From positions 875,582 through 939,581 of the forward strand of contig NZ_FOYS01000001.1 of assembly GCF_900115785.1 (NCBI RefSeq): a stretch of 64,000 nt of DNA, in the 5' to 3' direction. Under the pieces are notes generated by a model. That model did no database searches. It saw only the letters and a program-made list of their open reading frames with translations, and was not told the DNA's origin. Both the position numbers and the translations under genes were made by a program. Shown in pieces: positions 1-9,332 of this stretch (within the stretch, counting starts at the first letter, position 1; every line of letters begins with the position of its first letter). Origin of the DNA: Halogeometricum limi. Its GTDB lineage: Archaea; Halobacteriota; Halobacteria; Halobacteriales; Haloferacaceae.

Positions 1-28
1 CGTCGCGCACGGCCTCTCCGCGGACGCG

Positions 29-1306
29 ATGGCGACGCTGGCGGCGGCGCACGACTGCCTCGCCCGCGGCGTCGTTCGCGGCGGCGAACGCGCCGCCGGA
101 CGGGCCGTTCGCCACGTCGCGAGCGAGGACGACCCGGTGGAGACGCTCTCGGCCGTTCTCGACCGCCACACGCGCGGTAACGGCGTCCTCGACGACTTGT
201 TCTCGGACCCGCGGGTGACGGACGTCGTCGCCTCGGCACCGGTCGAATCGAACCCGGTTCGCGTCACGGTCGACGGCGACCGGGTCGAGACGAACGTCCG
301 ACTCACGCCCGACGGGGCCGCCGCCCTCGCCTCGCGCTTCCGGCACGCCAGCGGTCGCGGCTTCTCGCGCGCGTCCCCGGCGCTGGACGCCGCCATCGAC
401 GCTCCCGACGGGTCTCGAATCCGCGTCGCGGGCATCACCGCGCCGGCGAGCGAGGGTATCGGCTTCGCGTTCCGCGCGCACGACGACCGCACGTGGACGC
501 TCCCGGCCCTCGTCGGGGCGGGGACGCTCTCCGCGGAGGCGGCGGCGTTCCTCTCGCTCGCGACCGACCGCGGCGCGACCGGTCTCGTCGCCGGGACGCG
601 CGGCGCGGGGAAGACGACGCTTCTCGGCGCACTGCTGTGGGAACTGCCGCGAGACACCCGACTGGTCTCCATCGAAGACACGCCCGAACTCCCGGTCGAC
701 GCGCTCAGAGACGGCGGCCGCGACGTGCAACCGCTCCACACCGACCTCGGGGCGGACGGCTCGTTCTCGCCGACCGAAGCGCTCAGAACCGCGCTCCGAC
801 TGGGGGACGGCGCACTCGTCGTCGGCGAGGTTCGCGGCGACGAGGCGAGCGCGCTCTACGAGGCGATGCGCGTCGGCGCGCACGGTCACGCCGTCCTCGG
901 GACCATCCACGGCGACTCCCCCGAAGCGGTCCGAGAGCGCGTCGTCTCCGACCTCGGCGTCCCGGAGTCGTCGTTCGCGGCGACCGACCTCGTCGTCACC
1001 TGCGCCCGCGACGGTGCGGACCGGCGCGTCGAGACGGTCGCCGAACTCCGGCGCCGCGGCGGCGAGGTCCACTTCGAGACGCTGTACGACCGAGGTCGAA
1101 ACGGCCTCGAATCGACGGGCGTCGTCTCCCGCGGCGACAGTTCGCTTCTCGCCCGCCTCGCCCGACACGACGAATCGTACGCCGACGTCCTCGCCGAACT
1201 CGACCGGCGCGAATCGACGCTCGCGCACCTCGCCGAAACCGACCAGACGCGGCCCTCCGACCGGCCCGCGTCTCCTCTCGAAGTCGAATCGGAGGGGACC
1301 CGATGA
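29..1306 (+). CDS. TadA/FlaI/VirB11-family secretion NTPase of a type IV pilus-like system. The ORF is open to the window edge, so the N-terminus may lie upstream.
   Basis: Walker A GTRGAGKTTLLGAL followed by the VSIEDTPEL and GEVRGDEA motifs typical of TadA/FlaI ATPases. The stop overlaps the next start (ATGA). Confidence 0.8.
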   Translation: MATLAAAHDCLARGVVRGGERAAGRAVRHVASEDDPVETLSAVLDRHTRGNGVLDDLFSDPRVTDVVASAPVESNPVRVTVDGDRVETNVRLTPDGAAALASRFRHASGRGFSRASPALDAAIDAPDGSRIRVAGITAPASEGIGFAFRAHDDRTWTLPALVGAGTLSAEAAAFLSLATDRGATGLVAGTRGAGKTTLLGALLWELPRDTRLVSIEDTPELPVDALRDGGRDVQPLHTDLGADGSFSPTEALRTALRLGDGALVVGEVRGDEASALYEAMRVGAHGHAVLGTIHGDSPEAVRERVVSDLGVPESSFAATDLVVTCARDGADRRVETVAELRRRGGEVHFETLYDRGRNGLESTGVVSRGDSSLLARLARHDESYADVLAELDRRESTLAHLAETDQTRPSDRPASPLEVESEGTR

Positions 1307-3021
1307 CCGACGCCGCCCGCGTCGCTCGGTCGCTCTCTCGTCTCTACCCGTGGTCGGTCGCCCCGACCGAGGACCTCCGACCCGCGCTCTCGTACCTCGG
1401 CAGCGACGCCGACGCGGAGACGGTCACCCGCGCGGGCTACGCGCTGATTCTCCCCGTCGCGACCCTCGCGTTCATCGCCGCGACACTGGTGCTTCCCGAC
1501 GTCGGGCCTGTCGTCCGACTGTCGTCCGCACTCGCGGTCGGACTCGGCGCGGCGCTCGCCGCGCTCCGACTCCCGGTGGTCGCCGTCCGTCTCCGTCGGA
1601 CGCGCGCGCTGGGAGAGACGGCGGCGCTCGTCGGTCGCGCGACGCTCCGAATGCGACTCCACCCGGCCCCCGAACGCGCGGCGTCGTTCGCCGCACACAC
1701 CGCCGACGGACCGCTGGCCGAGAGTCTGGCGGCCCACGTCAGGCGCGCCCGCGGGACGCCCGACTCGGGGTTCGAATCGTTCGCCCGCGAGTGGCGCGCC
1801 GAGTTCCCGGCGCTCGACCGCGCCGTCTCGCTGCTTCTCGCCAGCGCCGACGACCGCGCCGACGACCGCGACCGGACGCTGGACCGCGCACTCGACGCCG
1901 TCCTCGACGGGACACGCGACGAACTCGCGTCGTTCGCGGCCGACGTCCGCGGACCGACCACCGCCGTCTACGCGTTCGGCGTGCTGCTTCCGCTCGCACT
2001 CGTCGGCGTCCTTCCCGCCGCCCGCGCCGGGGGCGTCGTCGTCCCGACCGCCGCGTTCGTCGCCGTCTACGACGTACTCCTCCCGTGCGGACTCGCGGGT
2101 GCGTGCGTCTGGATTCTGGTCCGCCGACCGGTCGCACTCGCTCCCCCGCGCGTCGACGCGAGTCACCCGGACGTCCCCGACTCGCCGACGACTGCCCTCG
2201 TCGTCGCCGCGTGCGCCGCCGTCGTCGGTTGGGTCGTCGGCGGACTCGTCGCACCGTGGGCGGACGGACTCACCGCCGTCGGGGCCGGCGTCGGGTCGGG
2301 ACTCGTCGCGCGCTACCGTCCGATGGCACGGGTCAGAGCGCGCGTCCGCGGCGTCGAAGCGGGATTGGACGACGTGCTCTCGCTCGTCGGCCGCCGGGTC
2401 GGTTCGGGTGACTCCGTCGAAGTCGCCGTCGACTCCGCCGCAGACGACGTTTCGAGTCCGGCGGGCGAGGTGTTCGTCGAGGCGGCCGGGGTCCGTCGCC
2501 GCCTCCGCGTCGGCGTTCGCGAGGCGTTCCTCGGCCGCTACGGGGCACTCGCAGACGTCCCGAGTCCGCGTGCGCGAGGGGCCGCAGCGCTCCTCTCCGT
2601 CGCGGCCGTCGAAGGCCGACCGGCGGGACGCGCCGTCGTCGCGACGGCGGACCACCTGCGTGACCTCCGTCGCGTGGAGAGCGAGGCGCGCCGCGAACTC
2701 GCGTCGGTGACGGGGACGCTGTCGAACACCGCGGCGCTGTTCGCGCCGTTGGTCGGCGGGGCCACCGTCGCGATGGCCGCCCGGATGGGTGCTGCGGAGT
2801 CGACGCTCGTCGAACGCGGGGCACAGACGCTCGGGCCGGACCTCCTCGGCGTCGCCGTCGGCGCGTACGTCCTCGTCTTGGCCGTCCTCTTGACGACGCT
2901 CTCGACGGGCTTGGAACGCGGCCTCGACCGAACGCTCGTCGGCTACCGCGTCGGATTGGCACTGCTCTCTGCGACGGCGGCCTACCTCGCGGCGTTCCGC
3001 GGGGCGGCGCTCGTGTTCTGA
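1303..3021 (+). CDS. TadC/FlaJ-family polytopic membrane platform protein
   Basis: 572 aa with multiple hydrophobic segments, located immediately downstream of and translationally coupled to the ATPase. This is the canonical archaeal pilus operon architecture. Confidence 0.7.
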   Translation: MTDAARVARSLSRLYPWSVAPTEDLRPALSYLGSDADAETVTRAGYALILPVATLAFIAATLVLPDVGPVVRLSSALAVGLGAALAALRLPVVAVRLRRTRALGETAALVGRATLRMRLHPAPERAASFAAHTADGPLAESLAAHVRRARGTPDSGFESFAREWRAEFPALDRAVSLLLASADDRADDRDRTLDRALDAVLDGTRDELASFAADVRGPTTAVYAFGVLLPLALVGVLPAARAGGVVVPTAAFVAVYDVLLPCGLAGACVWILVRRPVALAPPRVDASHPDVPDSPTTALVVAACAAVVGWVVGGLVAPWADGLTAVGAGVGSGLVARYRPMARVRARVRGVEAGLDDVLSLVGRRVGSGDSVEVAVDSAADDVSSPAGEVFVEAAGVRRRLRVGVREAFLGRYGALADVPSPRARGAAALLSVAAVEGRPAGRAVVATADHLRDLRRVESEARRELASVTGTLSNTAALFAPLVGGATVAMAARMGAAESTLVERGAQTLGPDLLGVAVGAYVLVLAVLLTTLSTGLERGLDRTLVGYRVGLALLSATAAYLAAFRGAALVF

Positions 3022-3075
3022 ACCCGTCGACGGCGACGGCGAGGGTTTATATACTGAACCGCGGCCAGACGGCCC

Positions 3076-3555
3076 ATGCTCGACTTACCGCTGGACTCGT
3101 GGTACGCGTGGTTGGGGCTCTCGCTCGCGGGCGTCGCCCTCGTCGGCGCCGCCTCCGGCCTCCCGACCCTCCCGCCGCCGAACGCCGACGCGGCGGCCGC
3201 CACCGTCGACCGCGTGGCCGCGACGGAGTTCGAATCGACGGCGGAACATCCGCTGGACGCGACTGCGGTCCGCATCGGAACGCGTCGCCTCGCGGTCAGG
3301 AACGACGCCGGAACCGCGCACGCGACGTTCGCCTTCGGCCCGGTCACGCCCGTCCCGGCGAACGACTCGCGTCTCCGCGACGTGATTCACGGCGCGCATC
3401 CCTCGTCTGTCTTCGACTCGCCGACGGCGTTCCAGCAGGCCGTCGTCGACGCGCGGGCCCGCGGGAGCGACGCCCCGTGGCGCGAGGTGGACCGCACGCT
3501 TCTCGTTCGCCGCACGACTTGGGAGGGAGTCGATGTCGTCCTCGTGGACGCGTGA
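3076..3555 (+). CDS. Hypothetical membrane-anchored protein of the pilus-like operon
   Basis: 159 aa with an N-terminal hydrophobic segment (WLGLSLAGVALVGAASG). It overlaps the next gene by 23 nt, indicating a tight operon. Confidence 0.5.
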   Translation: MLDLPLDSWYAWLGLSLAGVALVGAASGLPTLPPPNADAAAATVDRVAATEFESTAEHPLDATAVRIGTRRLAVRNDAGTAHATFAFGPVTPVPANDSRLRDVIHGAHPSSVFDSPTAFQQAVVDARARGSDAPWREVDRTLLVRRTTWEGVDVVLVDA

Positions 3556-3979
3556 GTCGCGCGTCTCGGGTCCGCCCCGACACCGCGGACAGGCGTCGCC
3601 CGTCGCGGCGCTCGTCGCCCTGTTCGCCGTCTGCGCGGGATTGAGTCTCTACGCGACGGTTCTCGGCGGGTCGATTCCCGTCGTCGCGGAGCAGACTGTC
3701 GCCGCGCCGACGCTGGACCGCGCCGTCGACGACGTGAGCGACGGCGGCGTCGTCTCACTCGACCGGCTGGCATCCGCGGACGCGGGACGCTACGCTCCCG
3801 ACGGGCGCTCGGTCAACGTCTCGCTCACCTTCGACACCGCGAGCGGTCACGACTACGACTGGGCCGTCGGTCCGCGTGCCCCCGCACGGGCGACCGACCG
3901 CGCGAGTCGACCCGTGAGCGTCCGTCTCGGACCGGGCCGCGTCGACGCCGGCCGTCTCGCGGTGGTGGTGTGGTCGTGA
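3533..3979 (+). CDS. Putative pilin-like protein with a class III (prepilin-type) signal peptide
   Basis: N-terminal ...PRHRG|QASPVAALVALFAVCAGL matches the archaeal prepilin peptidase motif (K/R)G followed by Q/A then a hydrophobic stretch. Operon context supports this. Confidence 0.5.
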   Translation: MSSSWTRESRVSGPPRHRGQASPVAALVALFAVCAGLSLYATVLGGSIPVVAEQTVAAPTLDRAVDDVSDGGVVSLDRLASADAGRYAPDGRSVNVSLTFDTASGHDYDWAVGPRAPARATDRASRPVSVRLGPGRVDAGRLAVVVWS

Positions 3980-4848
3980 ACGCGACCGTCGACGCCGCGG
4001 TGTTCTTCCTCCTCCTCGGTGCCGCCGTCGTCGGTCTCACCACCGCCGACGTGGGCGCGCAGACGGGCGTCGTCGACGACGGTCGGGCGGACGCCGTCGC
4101 CACCGTTCTCGCGACGAGTACGGCGACGGTGAACTACTCGCTCGCACCCGGCGCGCGCGCGGCGAACCAGCGCGGTGCCGCGTTCGAACGAACGGACGGC
4201 CCGGAGTTCGAGCGGACGGTGCACGGCTCTCTCGCCGGGCATCTCTCTCGTGTGACCCTCGGGACGGCGGCCTTCGACGACAGACCGGTCACGCACGCCC
4301 GCGACGGCTTGCGGAACGCGACTCGTCGGGCGCTCACCGCCGAACTCTCGACCGTCGGCCTCCGAATCGACGCCGTCTGGCGTCCCTACCCCGACGCTTC
4401 CGTCGAATCCCGCGTCTCCGTCGGTGAACGCCCCCCGGCGTCGGCCGCGACCGACGCCGCGACGGTGTCGATTCCGGTCGGCGTCGAACCCCTCTCACCG
4501 AACGAGACGGACGACTTCGAGACGCTCTCGGAGGCCGTCGCCGCGCGAACCGTCGAGGCGCTGGCGCCCGCCGGACGGATGCGAGTCGCCCTCCGCGACG
4601 ACGCGCCCGTCTCGACGCTCGCGGCGTACCGATACGACCGACTCGGCGAGGAACTCGGCGTCTCGGTGTCCGAGTCGGTCGAGGACGCGGACACGACGAC
4701 CGCGAACCGTCGCCTCGCGGCGGCGCTCTCCCCGCGGGTCGAATCCGACCTCAGAACGCAGTACGACTCGTCCGAGGACGCCGCGGCCGCCGTCTCGGTC
4801 GCCGAGGTCAGAATCGTCGTCCGGACGTGGGCGACGGAGGGTCGCTGA
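3970..4848 (+). CDS. Hypothetical membrane-anchored protein of the pilus-like operon
   Basis: GTG start overlapping the upstream stop. N-terminal hydrophobic segment AVFFLLLGAAVVGL. 292 aa. Confidence 0.5.
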   Translation: MVVNATVDAAVFFLLLGAAVVGLTTADVGAQTGVVDDGRADAVATVLATSTATVNYSLAPGARAANQRGAAFERTDGPEFERTVHGSLAGHLSRVTLGTAAFDDRPVTHARDGLRNATRRALTAELSTVGLRIDAVWRPYPDASVESRVSVGERPPASAATDAATVSIPVGVEPLSPNETDDFETLSEAVAARTVEALAPAGRMRVALRDDAPVSTLAAYRYDRLGEELGVSVSESVEDADTTTANRRLAAALSPRVESDLRTQYDSSEDAAAAVSVAEVRIVVRTWATEGR

Positions 4849-7800
4849 TGCGACTGGCAGACGACGACCGCGCGCGCGTCCCGTTCGCTCTCGTCGGCGT
4901 CCTCCTCCTCGTCGGCAGTTCGACGTTCGCCGCCTCTCTCGCCGCGCCCGACGTGGGAACCGTGGACCGGTCGACGGACGTGGCGATGGACCGCGTCGAC
5001 GCCGAGACGACCGCCGCACTCCGCGTGGCCGTCCGCGAAGCGGCCCGCGCGGCCGCGAGAGACCCGGTGACGACGGCCGGAAACACGTCCGCCGGTCGCG
5101 CACTCGGGACGAACCGGACGTTCGAGAACTACCTCCGACTCCGGGTCGCGGTGTCGGCCAGAGACGCGCTCTCGTCGGTCGAGCACCGGCGGAGTACGAC
5201 GACGGCGAACGCGTCGCTCGCACCGCTCTCCGCCGTCGGTGCCGCCGGTGCGATGCGGAACGTCTCGCTGTCTGCCGTCGACGGCGGACGCTCGCTCTCC
5301 GTCACCGTCCGCAACGTCTCGCTCGTCGCCTCCAGAGACGGACGCGTGGTCGCAGAGCGGACCGTCTCGCGCCGCGTCACCGTCGCGGTGCCGGTGCTCG
5401 CACTCCACGCGCGGACGACCGACTACCAGCGACGGCTGAACCGGTCGCCGGTGTACGCTCCCGGACTGGCCCGCCGGACGACGGCCGGCCTCCTCGCGGT
5501 CACCGAAGCGCGGGCACTGGCCCAACACGCGAACGCACCTATCGAGAACGTCCTCGGGAACCGCCACGTCGCACTGTCGACGAACGCGGGCGTCCTCGCC
5601 GCACAGCGCGCTTCCTTCGGCCGAGCGGACCCGGACGCGGCCCGCGGCGTCCGCGCGGCGACGCTCCGAACCGGCGCGGAGGACCTCTTCTCCGCGTCCG
5701 GCGCTAGCGGCCCGGCGACAGAGCGACTCCTCGCGGCGGCACCGACGGCGAACCCGTCGCCGCCGCCCGAGACGATGCCGACGAAGACGCTCACCGTCGG
5801 CGTGAACGAGACGGCCGACGACGCGTTTCTCGCCCTCCTGCGCGAACACCGCGACTCGCCCTCGCTGCGGAGTCTCTTCCGCATCGCGTACACGCCGAAC
5901 GTCACCGTCGCCGCCGACGTGACCGACTCCGCGACGGGGCGCAAACCTGCGCCCGACGCGCCCGGTCCCTCGTGGTCGCTCGTCCGCGAACGCGCCGACC
6001 GCGAGGTGTCCGCGGAAGCGACTTCGGGGGTCGAAAGTTCGCCCGCCGTCGCCGAGGGGTCGCGCGTCTTGGAGACGGCGACGCGACGGGTCGTCGTCGA
6101 ACACACCGTCACGCGGACGTGGCGCGGGGCCAACCGGTCGCAGCGAACGACGACGGCGACGTGGACGGACCGCCACCGCGTCCGCGTCGACGTGGTCGGG
6201 TCGCTTCGCTCGCTCCCCGGGCCGAGTCGCTCCGTGACGCCGTTGTTCGAGCGAGGTGGTGCGCTCTCGGGGCCGAACTTGGCGGGAGTCGACCGCCGCG
6301 CGAGCGACGAACTCGCCGCTCGCGGCGGTGCGGACGCCGTCGCTCGGCGCGCGGTCGAGGGGCGCGTGGACGGACGGCCCGAACGACGCCTCGGCGAGCG
6401 TCCGGACGGACTCTATCCGTGGGTGTACGAGGACGTGAAGACGCTCCGCGAGGAGGTTCGAAACCTCTCCGTCGAGGTGACGGCACGGGACACCGCCACC
6501 GGAAACGCCAACGCCGCGGCGGCACTCGCGGCCGTCGTCCGCGACCGGCGGCGCGACCTGATCGACGCACCCGCGAGGTACGACGGCGTCTCGGACCGCG
6601 TGCGCGTCGCCGCCCGGTCGGCGTACCTCGACGCGGTCCTCGCCCGTCTCGACGAACGCGCCGGGGAGACCGCGGGTCAGAACCGCAGACTCGAAACTGC
6701 GCTGGACTCCCGTGGGGTGAACGCGACGGCGACCAGAGAGCGACTTTCGACACCGCTCGTCCGGGCGGAGACCGGGCGGCGAAACGCGAGCGACGACGCC
6801 GGCTTCGTCCCCGACGGCGACCCGGCGTATCTCTCGCTGTCAAGCGTCGACGGTCGGGCCGTGGACGGCGTCAGCGACGACGCCTCTTACACGCCGCTCG
6901 CGGCGCGAAACACGAACCTGTTCACCCTCCCGTACGGTGACCTCGCTGACTCCGTCGTCGACGGCGTCCTCGGTTCGGGAGGCGTCCCGCTCAGGACCGC
7001 CGGCCGTGCACTCATGGCGGCGAACCGAACGCTCGCCGTCCGGAACGACTCGACGCTCCGCGACCGACGAGATGGTCTGACGCCGGCGGTCGCGAACTCG
7101 TTGCGAACGGTCGAACTGACGGCCGTCGACGTCGTCGAGTCGGAGGCGGGGCGCTCCGACACCGCCGCCGAGGCCGCCGTCGACGCCGGACTCGCCCGCT
7201 GGGACTCGCACGGAGAACGCGCCGTCGCGACGGCGAACGGGTCGCTCGCGGCCGCCGTCGCCGCCGAGGCGGCACCGAACGACGCGACGACGCACGACCG
7301 CCTGGAGACGACGCTCCGGGTCGAACTCCGCGAGGAGGCGGCCACCGACAGCGTTCGGGTCCCGAGAGCGGCCGTGAACGAGACGGCGAGTCGAACGCGG
7401 ACGCTCGCGACCGAACTCGCCGACGAGGCGGCGTCGCGCGGGGCCGACCGGGTCACCGGTCGCGTGTTGAACGGGACGCTCGGGTCGGTCCCCGCGGGTC
7501 TCCCCTTGTCGCCGACGCTGAACCCCTGGGTAGCGACGACGAACCTCTGGGTCGTCGAAGCGCACGGCGCGTACGCCCGATTCGCCGTCTCGACCGGTGA
7601 CGACGCGGTGCCGACGACGTACGTTCGCGACGGGTCCGTCGTCAGACTCGACGTGGACGGCGACGGCGAACGCGAACTCGTCGGGTCGAACGAGCGAGTC
7701 GGATTCGAGTTGCGAACCGTCGTCGTCGCCGTCGTCCCGCCGGGCGGAAACGGCGTCGGCGACGTGGACGGCGACGCCATCGAGACGTCGTCCGCGTGGT

Positions 7801-7859
7801 CGGGTCCCGCGCCGGGGCCGCGGTGCGACACGCCGACGGGGCGGTGTCCGGGCGAGTGA
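4848..7859 (+). CDS. Large (about 1000 aa) uncharacterised secreted or membrane-anchored protein of the pilus-like operon. The alternative start at 4827 is less likely than the TGATG-coupled start at 4848.
   Basis: Long ORF with a strong coding-frame signal and an N-terminal hydrophobic anchor (RVPFALVGVLLLVGSSTFAA). It is Ala/Arg/Asp-rich with no recognisable catalytic motif. Confidence 0.55.
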   Translation: MRLADDDRARVPFALVGVLLLVGSSTFAASLAAPDVGTVDRSTDVAMDRVDAETTAALRVAVREAARAAARDPVTTAGNTSAGRALGTNRTFENYLRLRVAVSARDALSSVEHRRSTTTANASLAPLSAVGAAGAMRNVSLSAVDGGRSLSVTVRNVSLVASRDGRVVAERTVSRRVTVAVPVLALHARTTDYQRRLNRSPVYAPGLARRTTAGLLAVTEARALAQHANAPIENVLGNRHVALSTNAGVLAAQRASFGRADPDAARGVRAATLRTGAEDLFSASGASGPATERLLAAAPTANPSPPPETMPTKTLTVGVNETADDAFLALLREHRDSPSLRSLFRIAYTPNVTVAADVTDSATGRKPAPDAPGPSWSLVRERADREVSAEATSGVESSPAVAEGSRVLETATRRVVVEHTVTRTWRGANRSQRTTTATWTDRHRVRVDVVGSLRSLPGPSRSVTPLFERGGALSGPNLAGVDRRASDELAARGGADAVARRAVEGRVDGRPERRLGERPDGLYPWVYEDVKTLREEVRNLSVEVTARDTATGNANAAAALAAVVRDRRRDLIDAPARYDGVSDRVRVAARSAYLDAVLARLDERAGETAGQNRRLETALDSRGVNATATRERLSTPLVRAETGRRNASDDAGFVPDGDPAYLSLSSVDGRAVDGVSDDASYTPLAARNTNLFTLPYGDLADSVVDGVLGSGGVPLRTAGRALMAANRTLAVRNDSTLRDRRDGLTPAVANSLRTVELTAVDVVESEAGRSDTAAEAAVDAGLARWDSHGERAVATANGSLAAAVAAEAAPNDATTHDRLETTLRVELREEAATDSVRVPRAAVNETASRTRTLATELADEAASRGADRVTGRVLNGTLGSVPAGLPLSPTLNPWVATTNLWVVEAHGAYARFAVSTGDDAVPTTYVRDGSVVRLDVDGDGERELVGSNERVGFELRTVVVAVVPPGGNGVGDVDGDAIETSSAWSGPAPGPRCDTPTGRCPGE

Positions 7860-7909
7860 CCGTCGACGAGACGAGAAACCGTTTTGGCCGCGGCGCGGTG
7901 AGTGGGGGT

Positions 7910-8341
7910 ATGCTCTACGACGCGGCCGACGACCCGGCGACGCTGTCGACGACCGAGTTGCGAACGGCGTACGAGACGCAGATTCGAACCGTCGTCGACG
8001 AGGTGGGCGTCCAGACGGCGGCGGCGGACGCCGGTGTGGACGAAGCCGTCGTCTCCACCGTCGCCGACGGCGACGCACCCGAGATGAACGTCGAGGACGC
8101 CGCCGCCCTCCTCGCACTCTCCGACGACTACCCCGACCGAGAGGCCATCGTCCTCGAACTCCGCGACCACCTGCTGATGGGGATGACCACCGGCGTCTTG
8201 GACGTCGACACCATCGCCTCGAACGTCGAGTTGGACCTCTCCGGGCAGGAGATTCAGCAGGTGCTCGAAGGCCGGTCACCGATGACGCTCGCGCAACTGG
8301 CGGCCATCCACCGCTACATCGCCGAGCGAAACGACCGATAG
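7910..8341 (+). CDS. Conserved acidic hypothetical protein
   Basis: 144-aa ORF in haloarchaeal acidic style (pI clearly low). The ATG lies 50 nt after the preceding stop. Confidence 0.5.
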   Translation: MLYDAADDPATLSTTELRTAYETQIRTVVDEVGVQTAAADAGVDEAVVSTVADGDAPEMNVEDAAALLALSDDYPDREAIVLELRDHLLMGMTTGVLDVDTIASNVELDLSGQEIQQVLEGRSPMTLAQLAAIHRYIAERNDR

Positions 8342-8347
8342 CGACCG

Positions 8348-9250
8348 ATGACGCGCGCTCTCGTCATCGGTTGTGGCTACGTCGGCCTCGAACTCGGGCG
8401 ACAACTGCTCGAAGACGGACACGACGTGACCGGCGTTCGGCGGTCCGACGACGGCCTCTCGGCGGTCGAAGCGGCGGGTCTCACCCCCGCCCGGGCCGAC
8501 GCGACCGACCCAGACTCGCTCTCGTCGCTCCCCGACGCCGACTGGGTCGTCTTCGCGGCGAGTTCGGGCGGCCGCGGGGCCGACGCCGCCCGCCGCGTCT
8601 ACGTCGACGGGTTACGGACCGTCGTCGAGGAGTTCGGCGGACGCGACTCGCCGCCCGAGCGACTCGTCTACACCTCCTCGACGGGCGTCTACGGCGACCA
8701 CGGCGGCGACTGGGTGGACGAGGAGACGCCGCTCGACCCGACGACGGAGAAGACGCGCGTCCTCGCCGAAGCCGAACGCGTCGCCGTCGAGGAGGCCGCC
8801 GACGCGGGCATCGACGGGTCGGTCGCTCGGTTCGCGGGGCTGTACGGTCCGAACCGGTATCGGCTCGACCGCTATCTCTCGGGTCCCGTCACCGAGGGCT
8901 ACCTCAACATGGTCCACCGCGACGACGCCGCGGGGGCGGTTCGGTTCCTCCTCACCGACGACGCCGCGCGCGACGAGGACGTCCTCCTCGCCGTCGACGA
9001 CGAACCCGCCGACAAGTGGGCGTTCGCGGACTGGTTGGCCGCGGAGTGCGGCGTCGACAGTCCACCCAAGCGGACGAAATCGGAACGACTGTCCGACGGC
9101 GACCTGTCGGAAGCGGCGCGACGACGCATCCTGACGAGCAAACGGTGCTCGAACGGCCGACTCCGCGAGTTGGGGTACGAGTTCGCCTACCCGACGTACC
9201 GCGAGGGCTACCGCGCCGCGATAGCGGCGTACCGAGGCGAGAGCGCGTAG
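8348..9250 (+). CDS. NAD-dependent epimerase/dehydratase (SDR family)
   Basis: N-terminal Rossmann motif LVIGCGYVGLEL and length and pattern typical of extended SDRs. Confidence 0.75.
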   Translation: MTRALVIGCGYVGLELGRQLLEDGHDVTGVRRSDDGLSAVEAAGLTPARADATDPDSLSSLPDADWVVFAASSGGRGADAARRVYVDGLRTVVEEFGGRDSPPERLVYTSSTGVYGDHGGDWVDEETPLDPTTEKTRVLAEAERVAVEEAADAGIDGSVARFAGLYGPNRYRLDRYLSGPVTEGYLNMVHRDDAAGAVRFLLTDDAARDEDVLLAVDDEPADKWAFADWLAAECGVDSPPKRTKSERLSDGDLSEAARRRILTSKRCSNGRLRELGYEFAYPTYREGYRAAIAAYRGESA

Positions 9251-9332
9251 AGACGCTCTCGGACGGGAAACTGTCGACCGAGTAGGGTCGAAACGAGGGA
9301 ATCTTCATACGTTTGGCTCTTGAGTTCGTGAT

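Noticed and set aside
493-3021. 842-aa ORF-track frame starting inside the ATPase gene and running through the TadC gene, plus many long arginine-rich ORFs on both strands (e.g. 886-2655 minus, 1014-2411, 4386-6176 minus, 4424-5707, 6840-8279 minus, 7597-9285)
   Set aside because: These are typical high-GC artefacts. Off-frame or antisense ORFs have an extreme Arg/Pro/Gly composition and no start signals. The genuine genes are the acidic-protein frames with operon-style overlaps.
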